Source of the DNA: the human T2T-CHM13v2.0 reference genome, Homo sapiens
Reading direction: 5' to 3' (one strand)
DNA: 64,000 nt
Assembly: GCF_009914755.1 (NCBI RefSeq)
Contig: NC_060936.1
The position numbers and the translations under genes were made by a program. The notes below the pieces were generated by a model that was not told where the DNA came from, searched no databases, and saw only the letters and a list, made by a program, of their open reading frames with translations. Each line of letters begins with the position of its first letter. Within the stretch, counting starts at the first letter, position 1. This document shows positions 12,882-25,897 of this stretch, in pieces.

Positions 12882-14683
12882 TCAGTTTTCTTTCTGGATA
12901 CTACTTCGTAAAGCTTCTGCCGTTTATGGGAGGTAAAGCATTCTCTGCATCACCCAACTTCGAAGCTGGCCTGCATTTGCTTAGACATTTCATTCATGAA
13001 AGCCTGCCCTCTCTTAGCAGAGGAGCGATCTAAACACCACAGTCCCAAACACCTCCATCTGACTGTCTCCTCTGTTTGTCTATCAAACCACTGATTAAAA
13101 CACATTCTGCATTGATTGATTAATAAACAGGTTTCAGCAGCTCTGGACACTCAGAGTCTAGAAGGAGAAAAGTCTAGACTCAAATAGATAAAAACCCGTA
13201 ATTCAAGGCAGAACACACCCTGGGCCCGAGGGGGCTGGAGGAGAGGTGCCAAGTGTGGGCTGCGCATGGAACGGGAACACTGGTGTTAGGTGTGGGCTGC
13301 TTGGAACGTCCCAGGAGTAGCTTGCCTCATGTTGCAGACTAGGAATCCAGCTGTCTGGAGGTGGAAGAATCCATGGATGGTGCATATTGCAGAGACACGG
13401 TTTCAAAATCTTTTGCAGGATGCACATGTTAGAAAAGAGATCTTAAAAAATAAAAAATCCTCTAATGGCTTTAAATGAGCATGAAGCATTCAGATGTTAA
13501 TGTTTAGCTGTGTAGACAAGGTGTTTCCCAAGTTATCTCAAAGGTTGATGACATGACGAATTGCCCCCTTTAAAGAAAATACCAAATACACGAACAACAA
13601 ACTTCCCCGAATGTGTTGACTATCTTTTGGAATGAAGAGAAAATCTGGGTCGAGTTGAAATCACCAAAAGTCAATCCACAAAGTGGAATGACATTGCTAA
13701 CACACTTAGCATGAGACCTGACCCCATCTGATTATTGCTCAGCAAATGGGGGCTGTCCTGATTGATTACTATTTGTCCAGTCTCTCACCAGCTGAGCTCT
13801 TTCCTCTGTTCCTAAAATAAAGGGTAGGGTGGGGGACTTTGTGCCAGATAACTAATCTTTACTCAGTACCTTTTCTGTTTCAGGCATTCTGTTAGCAGCT
13901 TGATGTACTGTTCTCATCTATCTCCTCAAGAGTCCTTTGAGAGATATATTTTATAACTGTTTTGTAGAAAAAAACCACGAAGGATCTGGAGATGTTAGGT
14001 GTATCCAAGGGCACAAGATGATTGGGAAGGAGTGAAGATATGGATGCCAGAGCCTGAAAACACTCCATGTGTCCCATGGTAGCTTGTTCTTTGGCCAAGT
14101 AGCCCTTGCACACCCCCGCCTTGTCTTGAGACATGTCACCAAAGACACTCAAACCATAAGCTCCATGAGGAAGGAATTTTTTATTTTCACCATTAATTAT
14201 ACCCCAGTTCCTTCCACAGTGCTTGATGCATGCTTGGTATTCAATACATATTTATTAAGAAGTGAATAGACCCAAGGCCTGGGATGAAGTTTCTGTCTCC
14301 ACCACCACTTTCCACCCATTCAAGAGTGAGCTGCTCCCCTACGAGGACTGGGCACGAGTCAAAACACTCCTGGGAAGGATGAAGTCTTTTGGGGAGTTCA
14401 AGAACTCCTGAGTCCGGACAAGACTTGTGCCAACCTGGGTGACAAAGGAACTGTGAGACCCTGGATGGAGTTACAACCCGAAGATATGCCTGAGGCCTGT
14501 CATTCAGCACTTAATTCCTTTTTCTGGTGAAAATTAAAGTAACTAAAATCCTGGAACCCTAGAGGCTTCCAGAATTGTAACAACTGTCTTCAGTAGCCAT
14601 CAATCTAATTACATTTTTGCAATATTCTCATTTTGAGCTACAAAGGTACAAATTACACAAAATTGTGTGTGGAATGCATGCAC

Positions 14684-14727
14684 ATACACACATACACACA
14701 CATATGTATGTGTGTGTATGTGTGTAT
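14684..14727. repeat. (CA/TA)-(TG/TA) microsatellite forming a perfect 21-bp palindrome
   Basis: atacacacatacacacacata-tg-tatgtgtgtgtatgtgtgtat. Confidence 0.9.
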
Positions 14728-15019
14728 ATATATGTATATATATAAACGTTAACATTTAGATGTTAATGTTTAGCCATGTAGACAAGGTATTTCCCAAATT
14801 ATCTCAAAGGTTAATGACATAATTGTCCCCTTTAAAAAAATACTGAAAACATGAAAAACAAACTTCCCTGAATGTGAGCCTCACTTTGTTCTGTACAATG
14901 GAGATAATAAAACCTTCTGTTTCACATGAAGAGTACATGATGGAATATGGCAAAATGTCCTGAAAACCAGAAAGTAGTCTTGTCAATAGCCAAGATCTGC
15001 CTGACTTTTTCACTTGGGG

Positions 15020-15250
15020 TGCAGTAGTTAAGAGGGAATGTGCTGGAGCCCAGCTCTGGCATGGCCACTAGCAGGTTTGGGAGAGCCTGTGCTTCAGTTG
15101 CTTTACCTGTAACAGGGAGATGGAAATGTACCCAGCTCCTGGAATTGTTTGAAAGATTCAATGTGAATTCAATGATATAACACATCTAAAGCACTTAGAA
15201 GAGCCCAGCACATGAACAATGCTTAAACAAATGTTTGCTGTGATTATTAC
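15020..15250 (+). mobile_element. MIR SINE
   Basis: gcagtagttaagag...gcttcagttgctttacctgtaacaggg...taaagcacttagaa. Confidence 0.75.
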
Positions 15251-17167
15251 TGTGCTTTCGGGATCACTGTGCAAATGACGATTCTGGTCAGCTATGCATT
15301 CCCAGAGCAGTGGAAGGGTTCACTAGCAGCTATCTTCAGTAATACACTGCAGCGAGGGGTAGTCAGATCCAGGCCCACAATCCAATAAAGGTGGTTGGTC
15401 CCAGAAGTTATTTTGCCAGATAGGCAGAAATCAAATTGAAGAGAAGAGCTTTGGGGAGCATGTGTTCTTTACTTCCTTTTCCTCCCTCCCTCACCCTTTT
15501 CTTTTCTTTGCTATTTAAATAAACCACCACTTTCAGGCCTGCCTGGGAGAAGATATTAGGGCAGCAGGGAGTCCAGCTGGGAGATGATGAGGAAAGCAGC
15601 TGAGCCCCTGCTATTCCACCTCATCCACTCCATCCTCCCCAATTAACTGGTAACGAGGTGGTGACGCCCTAACCACATTTCACTTCCTGCTAACAAAGCT
15701 TGTACAACAAATGCAAACACTTGGCTGTCAGCTTCTGTCCAGCACACAGCCTCGTTATCCATCTCACCCTTCTGCATCTATGTCAGCATCCAGGAGGCAG
15801 GCCCAGGACGACAAACCTTCTTTGTGCTACACTCAATGCCGTACCAGGCTCTGATGGTGCTTACAAAATGCCTTTGCCCGACAGTAACAAGAAAGGTCCC
15901 TTATAGATGATTTTGTAAGAGGAGACATATTCTGTGCAGGCTTGTGTCATTCCTCTGATTATTCAGACTTGGAGTAGGGGCAGGGAAGGTGCTACCATTT
16001 CATTTCTTCCTTTCTCATCTGATAAAAATTTCTTCCCACCTCTTTGAATTGAGGTCAGGTCTTTTTCCCTTTTCTAAATTTGCCTCAAAGAAGTCTTTTT
16101 CATTTTTCCTTAAGAATGACTTTAATGGTCTACATTTTAACCTCTTCCTCATGTAATGTAAGTGATCTGCAAACTTTCTTATATCTTATTCCTTTTGAAT
16201 TTCAAATTCCTTTTTTTCTAAATCAATCCCATTATGGCAAGACATTATTACTTTCTGCTCACATAAATACTATCATCCATAATTTTCTCTCTTCCCTCAT
16301 AAAGCATGATTTATGTTGATATTTAAAAGTAAATTCTGATATTTAGTCTAAGTACTGTCTTACATATTAATTCAATAACATAATTTCTACGATAGAAAAG
16401 TACATAAGAGTACAAAATATGAAATAAGCTTGATATAGACATAGTTATCTGCATTTGACCAGTGAGGAAACAAAAGCTCAGAAAAATTAGATACCTTGCA
16501 CAAATCACAAAGAAATCAGTGGTTCAGCTGAAAATTAGAACCAACATCTTCTGATGATTACACAACTTTTCTGGTTGACTACCAAAGAAGATACTAGAAA
16601 AATTACTAATGAGTGAAAATAAAAAGACATTTCAAAGTCTTTCATATTTAACACAAAATTATTTTTCCATAGAAGATATTCAAGAAGCAGTTACACATTT
16701 GAGGAGCTGTTTTTTTTTAATTAAAAAAACCATATTCTTTATCTACATCTAGATAATGTAGATTGATGATCCATCTAAATCAAGAATTTATCTTCTACAG
16801 TGGGAACAAATTACTGGAATTTAAGCAATGTGAAATCTCATCACTTTAGCAATGACAATGAATGTGATGTAGCTTTCAATGCAGTACTGAAAAAGCTTGT
16901 ACACTGTCACATGTCCCAGGCCCTTAGGAACAAAGTTTAGTATGTAATGAGTGACGAGCTCTATAATATTTTCATTCGAAACAGAGCTACACAGGAAATC
17001 TAGGATGTTTATAATAATATTTGGAATATTTGGTATAAATGTAAAACATTGTAATAGTTTTCTGGGCAGATAAGAGCTCATCATATATCCTTTTAGTTAA
17101 GTCAAGTGACTCTGGAGTCCAGTTATACCATTAGTTCAAACACTACCAAAGACTAAATACAAGCTCT

Positions 17168-17889
<722 letters not shown>

Positions 17890-18059
17890 TTAACAAACTT
17901 AACACCTACTTTCTTCCTCCAGCCTCTGTGCCTGTGTTTCATGCCAACTTTTAGTTTCTCCTTGATCTGCCAGTAATACAAAGATGAGAAGGTCTGGAAG
18001 GAGGATTTAGGATAAGCTGAGAGGATCCATCTTGTAAGACTATACTTTCCTATGAAATG

Positions 18060-18392
18060 CTGTTTCCTCCTTGTTGCCTGGAAAACTCATCCTCAATCTT
18101 CTAGACCTACAGTTGGGTTATTCTTCTTCAGAACCTTAATCTCTTCAAGGTGGTGCCTCTGCTACACCCTATAAACCCACCTCTGGCACAGCACATATCA
18201 CACCATGTTAGAATTGCTTCCATTGGCAACTCCTTCCTGATCTTGTGAATGATTTGTGCTGCTCCAGTCACTATTAGGATGAGTTTCCAGGTCAACCTCC
18301 TGTTTTGAAAGGAGGGACTTATCTTTGTGGTCATGTATTTGACACCTAAGACTTACTCGTTAAGTGTTTGTTGAATGAATGAATGAAATAAA
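18060..18392 (+). mobile_element. L2 3' end containing an inserted 49-bp segment
   Basis: cctggaaaactcatcctcaatctt...agtgtttgttgaatgaatgaatgaa. Confidence 0.7.
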
Positions 18393-19019
18393 ATGATCTC
18401 CATTCCTATTCAAATAAGCCTGTAAATAACAGTTTAAGCATGGTCATATTTGTTTGTTGAGAAAGAGAAGTATTAAGTGATATAAGGTTTAAAAAAGCAA
18501 TAAAATCTGCAAAAAGAAAAGTGTCTATTGATGAATTTATTAACAGGAAAGAAAGTAATCGAGGATAAGAAGATGGAAAAGGTGGAAGAAGAGACCTTGA
18601 CAACCTGAAAAGGTTATACCCTTGTGCAGATGTGGTGGACAAATCCTCACCTGAGAGGAGGAATCAAAGGGGCAACTGCTCTGAAACCGGCCCTAGAGCA
18701 TCCAACCTAAAAACAATGCCTTCATCATGAAGTTCCAGAACCAATGATTCAAAGGATACCCCACTGAAAAAAGACAGTCGTCGTCCTAGAGGTAAAAATC
18801 ACTTCACTTGCCAATAAACAGAAACATGAGCAAATGGGAAATAAGCAAAAATGAAATGATGTGTGTGCTCTCTTCCAAAGGGCAGCAAAAGCAGCTGAGT
18901 TAATGCTAATGGCTCACATATGGTGGGTGGGGGGAAAGGATGTTATAAGTCACAAAACCCTGGAATGGAGCAGAGGCCTGTCGGCAAGTTAGGTGGTGAT
19001 GATGGAGTCAGGATGACTT

Positions 19020-19700
19020 GGAAACACTGTGAAAAGATGGCTTCAGATAATGGGCCATTATCTGTCTGCCTCTTTTCACTTTGACTACTGTCCTCTATAA
19101 ATAATGTAGCTGGCTAATCTAAAACATACAGAATCAATAGGAAGCCAAATATTTAGGTACCACAAAATGAGGCAAAAAAAGAGCCCAGATTTTCAAACAA
19201 TGCAAGTGACCCTGAAAATTGTAACTTGGCAAGTCTGCAATATTGTGAGAGCAATAACAATCTGTTAACATCTAGAGGGAATAAACCCAAAAGAAATAAG
19301 AAGCCGAGCTTTATGAAGGGAAAAAAAAAATGGCACGCCAAATTTGATTGCTTTTCTGATGGAATTACAGGATTACTAGTTTAAGGGAGTGGAGCAGATG
19401 TGATATATTTGAATTTTATTAGGGCATTTGGGAGAACGTCTCACACAATTTCCTTCACAAAACTAAGTGACTTTAGCTTGAACATGAACTGAGGAGATAA
19501 TAAATGAAGGGTAATAATACGTTACAGTCAATCTCATCGGGAGGAAGGTGTTTAAGAGGTGACACTAAGGCTCCTGTTGTTTGGGGTGGATAGAACATTG
19601 ATTTTAATGATCTGTAAAAAAGGAAGAATAAGAGTGACAGAGAGGAAACATGGAGATTTATTGGACAAAAAGACTAGGAACCTGGTTAAAAATACCTGAA
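19020..19700 (+). mobile_element. L3/CR1 LINE relic (reverse transcriptase region)
   Basis: Degenerate translation DPENCNLASL (cf. CR1 DPGNYRPVSL) and NLIAF..GITGLL...ADVIYLNFIRAFGRTSH (cf. VDVIYLDFSKAFDxVxH). Confidence 0.75.
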
Positions 19701-20099
19701 TATAGGGAAAATGCAAGCTAACAAATATATCTGTATGTTTAGAAAAGTAAATATATTTGGAAAAATATTTGCAGAAATGCACACATGAAAGGAGAAAAAT
19801 GAGAAATTAATAACACTGAAAAGTACACAGGAGAAGCTCCTTGTAATAAACTTGAACTGCAATACAGATATAAAATAAGAGATCTTAATAACTTATACTG
19901 TCATAACAATGACACACATAGCTTGCCCCAAAGTAAATTTTAGGTTCAAAAAGCTAATTTTACTCCTCTTTGAATTGTATCATTATAAATTTTAACCTTC
20001 AAGTTTAGCAATAAAATGACTTAAACAGTTTAAACAAAAGTGTAACTTCCTATAATGACAGCAGCATCCATCGAAATACTGTACCATCTGTGGACTAGA

Positions 20100-20748
20100 A
20101 ACTACCCTTCTTCATCCTAGACTTTGCCCTCTTATTCATCTCCACTGAATCACAAATCTTAGACAATTCTGCCTCCTTGCCTCTCTTTGGGACCTATCCT
20201 TGCTCCTTGTTCCATAGATGCTAATTTGGTTCCAGCCCTCATTCTTTCTTACCAGCATTATTACCAGAGCCCAGTATTGCAGTATCACATCTGCTCTCTG
20301 TGCTGTCAGAACAATCTTTCTGGAAAGCTGACCATGTAAATTCTCCCTGTTTAAAAACCTCCAGTGGCTCCCCATGCCCTATAAGACAGGCCTAGGCATA
20401 GTGTTCAAGCCCTTGAGGATCTGGTCCCTTCTGATCTCTTTAGCTCCTTCTCTTTCCAACTCTCTCCTCCCTTTCCACACTCTGGCCTGAAGCCCTTCCA
20501 GTTCTCAGCAGCTCTGTTGTCTGTTTGCCTGTCTACCCCTCCTTGCTTCCTCCTTCAGGATGCCATGCAGATGCCATATTTTGAAGGAAGCCTTCCTGGT
20601 TTCTTTCTTTCCACTCTTGTTTCTTTAGTTTGTTTATCATGCAATTTTTTCTACTCTATCTATAAATGGTGGGAGGCAGGGGCTGTTTTAATCCTCTATG
20701 TTGCTAGCCTGGGACACACAGTAGGCCCGTATGTACATGCTGAATAAA
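20100..20748 (+). mobile_element. L2 fragment
   Basis: ctccctgtttaaaaacctccagtggctcccc...gctgaataaatg. Confidence 0.75.
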
Positions 20749-21109
20749 TGGACCCAAACCACCAATATAATCAGGGACTGTGTCTACTGGTAAGGCAGGC
20801 CTGGGTTTGTGATAAAAAGTGCATTGGTTTTGTGGGCAGCATAGTGGAGGCAGAAATAACCTCTAAAAGGACTACAGTGATGACACAACTGACACACTGC
20901 TGTAACAAGCCAGGGGGTAACTGGGGTGTGCAACCTGTTGGCCGGTGGCTCTTGAATTCAGTCTTCCTCATTCATCTGGCCTACAAAATACCATAGTTTA
21001 GATCAGACCCTGCAGGAACCATAACAAAAACTGAAGGACAGGCTGGTCTTTAAGTACAACTTAGCAGAGCATGACAAATGCAGATTGAACCAAAGTGACC
21101 CTTCCCACC

Positions 21110-21630
21110 TACAAATATAGTCATACTACACCTCTGCTTAAAGTCCCTTCAATGGCTTCCCATTGCTAGGAGGCTGATGTCTAACAGCCTCATGTCTCTC
21201 CTCTTCCTCACACTCACTCATATTACATTACCACTGGTTGCCACAGGCACCACATGTGGGATGCTCCCATGCCTTCATCCGTGCTGTTTCCTGTAACTGC
21301 TGGAAGTGCCCTTTACCCTCAACCCTTTCTCAGGTTTCCTGGTGAATTCCTGATCATCCTTGAAGTCATCTCAAGTATGACCTTCTCTGAGAAGTCTCCC
21401 ACAACCTTTCTAGGTAGAGCTGAGCATGCCTACTCAGTGTCGCCAATGCACCTTGTAATCTATCAATTAATGTAATTGAACAGATTACAAAGTGCATTGG
21501 TGTCTGTTACATGCTTGCTCCTGTCCCACGTTATGGGCCTTACACGTCTTTGTATTCTGGGATTCTAGCACCATACCTGGCCCAGATCAAGGACTCAAAT
21601 TATGTGTTGAATTGAATTTGTTGAATTCAC
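21110..21630 (+). mobile_element. L2 fragment
   Basis: ctctgcttaaagtcccttcaatggcttcccattgc...tgttgaattgaatttgttgaatt. Confidence 0.7.
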
Positions 21631-23317
21631 ATGAAAGACAATACTTATCCAAAGCCTGAATGGCTAAAGTGGTTATCTTTGGGTTTCTTTTGACAATAGG
21701 AAGCATCATCAGAATGGACTAAAATGATCAAGAATGTGCAGAAGGACCTCCATAATCAGTAACTATAGAGATACCAAACTTTTTAGTTACATAAATTGAA
21801 GACAAGAGCAATTACAGAAGATTATATTTAATGGCCTTCAGGTACAGGTAGAAATCACGTGATATTTTAGACTGCTTTCTTTAAAAATGCATCAAAGCAC
21901 TGTGAAAAGCCAAAAACATCCTTTTGGAAGCAGCATTTTATACCAGGTATTTAAATCTATTTTCACTGTGAGTTTATTCAGAGTAATTGTATAATAAAGA
22001 AAAGCACTTGGCTTCAGGTCACTATGCATATATAGCTAAATTATGCAATTAGATGACATGTAATTAACCAGAGTAGCAACACAGCCAATCTAATGGGGCC
22101 AGTTGGGGTCTGAGTGACTCATAAAAACATTATGTAGTTAAGCGATAGGCACCTACAAGAACAATGAATTTTGGTCTACCTGCAGCCTAATGAGTCCCTC
22201 CTGTGACTAAAGAGGTAATGCAAAGAGAGGTCTCAGAGACAGGGCAGTGTCAATGGAAATTCTGTCTAAGAAGGAGCCAAGGTATCATCTTGATTCTTAT
22301 TTTCCAAAACTTCTAATGAGATAAGAAATCTCTCCAAACGTACTGCTGCCAACATTACCAGCTTGACTCTTCCATTACCACAAATAATAAACAAAAAACA
22401 TTAGTTAAAGCTTATTTTAAATGAACTTGAAGAAATACTTCCTGACCCATTACTCAGGTAGTATATACAACAGATTGACTATTCAGTAAGTGAAAACTAA
22501 CGGCGGAAGAAATCCAAATTAGCTTTCTTCCTTTTCCTTCAAGGATGTACACATGGCAAGCATGCATGAATTAACACAGTTATGAACAAGAAATATTATC
22601 TCTTGTGTAAAGATCAAGGTTTACTGTCTCATTGTGTTTGGTTTTGGGAATGTAGTTTTGATTTTGTTTGCTTAAGAGATGGAAGAATTCCAGTTCTGAA
22701 AGAATTCAAGCTATGAACAGGAAAGTATACTTCAATAATTGTCCCAGTGACCCTTATTTTTATTAAGAAGAATCTAGCAACTGTCATACTTGCTAATGTG
22801 GCAATAATTCTTCTAATCTTAAATTTTTAAGTAAGGAAAAAATGAATATGTAGCCATTTAATCACAAACTCATCCTCTATTTCCCAACACCACTTATTCC
22901 ATATATATATTTACTGAATATAAATATACTAGGCCTCAGTGGAAACACGAAGGATGTGCAAGACTCAGTACCTGCCTTTAAATAGCTTACAATCTACTAG
23001 AGGAATGAAATCTGTCGCCCACTCTTTTATTTTCTTCTTCGAAATGGTTTGAGTATATACAGTATACTCTAAAGGTTTAATTAAAATGGAATATATAAAA
23101 ATCTGAAAGGATACATACTAAAATGTAATCTGAAAGAGGGGTAGCAAATTATTCTTTTTGCTCTCTACATTTTCTAATTTTTTTTTCCCTAATGAGGACG
23201 TACTACTTGTGTAAAAAGGAGAAGAAAGTTATTTTATGAAAGATGAAAAAAAAAAAAACACCTCACTCTGGTTAGCCTGATATTTTGTCCTTTTGAACAC
23301 TTAAAAGGCCCCATTAC

Positions 23318-23422
23318 CAGGCAGAGGTTGCAATGAGCTGAGATGGTTCCACTGCACTCCAGCCTGGGTGACAGAATGAGACCCTGTCTCAAAACAAACA
23401 AACAAACAAACAAACAAACAAA
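23318..23422 (+). mobile_element. 5'-truncated Alu fragment with (CAAA)n tail
   Basis: caggcagaggttgcaatgagctgagat...ctgtctcaaaacaaacaaac. Confidence 0.88.
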
Positions 23423-24239
23423 ATGCCCCATTGCCTAAACTCTGAAAAAGTCAATACGGGGTTGTTGACAAAATCTATTATTACTGCCCATCTGGTGATC
23501 TGCTGCTCCCCTACCAGTGAGGAAGCTTCTTGAGGTCGGGGACTCTGTCTTGTTTGCTATTTTGTTTGTTCAATTCCTAACAGGGATCAGAGGACACCAT
23601 AGATAGGTAATAAACGTGTGGGGAAGATGGGAGGACAGGAGAGCAGGAAGAGAGCAGGGAAAGCTGAAGGTACACACACTTCTGAGGCTTTTGTTAAAAT
23701 TAAGTATTTAATGCGATCACTTTGGGGAAACCACATTGATTAAACTGACGGGAGGCATGAAAATGACATAATTGATACAACCGATAATTTTATTCTTCAA
23801 CAAAATCTACTATTGGCCAGAGTGCCCCTTTGAGAGATAATGGTTCATATCAGGGAGCAATTTGCTTTCACCCCTTGCATACAAAGCGGGTTTCAAAACC
23901 TATGTAGTTTCGGAACAAAAGAAAAACTGTAATGTCTTAATTTTTAAGCTTTTTTCAATGCAGAGACTCTAACAAAGCAGATCTAATGAACAGGGCATCA
24001 TATTGCATACTGTCTGTGTGATTGGCGCCTTCTGGAGTTGTGCAGAAGACAACCTGTGAGGCCATATTTAGCCACTCTGGGCTTGCTTCAGGCTTTAAGT
24101 TCTTGTTGTTAAACTTAATTTTTCAGATCCATGTGGTTTGGAAGCATTGTGCTTATGCCTAACTTTGGTGATGTATTGACCTTTGTGGACCAAGGATGAA
24201 AGCTGGCATGAAATAAGTACAGGAAACTTCATAAAATAA

Positions 24240-24470
24240 CAGCCAGCATTAATTGAGCACCTACAAACTGTCAGAGGGCTATCCATCTATGTGTCTATCT
24301 AATATTTAGTCTTCAGAATAACTGTGCAAGGTAGATATCATCACCATTTTACAGATGAGCAAAATAAGTCTTAGAAAGGTTTAGTTTAGTAATTTTCCCA
24401 AAAGCACACACAGCTAATAAGTCATAGAGTGAGGATGTAATTTTAGGTCTGATCAGCAACCTCAATATGT
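24240..24470 (-). mobile_element. MIR SINE
   Basis: cattaattgagcacctac...ccattttacagatgagcaaaataag...cacacagctaataagt. Confidence 0.8.
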
Positions 24471-25501
24471 CATTCATCCTCGCCTTTCCTCTGAAGAAAA
24501 GCAGCAGCTTGTCTTATGTATTTTAATAACACTGGCATGTTATAAAAAGTTAACCTTTTTGTTTTGCAGTTCCTCATTTTTCTTTATGTATTTCTCTTGC
24601 TTCTTGTTTTTTTTCCCCTCTCCTCCAATATCAATTCCTATTCCTCTTACGTTTTTGTGGCATTTGAGAAACCTTCGTTGAAAATTCTTTGACAGTGTCT
24701 GCAAGTCTTCTGAGACAAAGTGCCACAAAGATAATGTTTAAATAAAATACCACATAGTACAGATAATTATATTTAGGCTTTCAGTCACCCTGAATATTGG
24801 ACAAATAAATTCTCTTGGAATCTTCATATTGATGTACATAGGACACACACACATGCACACATATGATTAGAATAATTTTTTCCAACCAGAAATGACATTT
24901 GCTTTTGAAATGATTAAATATTACCCTCACCATCAGCCAAGATTTCCATGACACTTGAATAAACAAAAAAGGAGTTGATTACTGAGATTCTTTGTTTTTC
25001 CTCTTCCTTTGCACAGTAGGAAAAGTAATGATTAAAAAAAGTATAAAACACATATTAATGATACAAAACAGAACTATCTCCAATGCTTTGAAGAATGTAT
25101 TCTTCATATCCACTAGGGTGCTAACCTTCGGAAAGCTACAAAATCAATCCTGAAAGTTTTATCTCCCATGGCGACAGAGCCCTTTTTTAAGTCAGTAAAT
25201 ACTAAAAGTGATACAATAACAGCTCATATTTAGGATTACCAAGTTTCTCTACAGGAGACAGGCTCAGGTATCAAGAGGAAAACAAATATTCATTAAAATA
25301 ATTTAGCAACAACAAAAGACACGTGATGATGAAAGTCTGTTCAAATAACAAGTGACTAAAATAAGAGTGCTGATAAAAAGGAAGGTAGCACTGATATGGA
25401 ACTGGGTTTTGGTAACAATATGCCAATCAGGAATAAAAATATAAATCAAACTTAACTGGAATGCATAAGTATACCCAGCTTTACAAGATGGGTAGGTTTC
25501 T

Positions 25502-25897
<396 letters not shown>

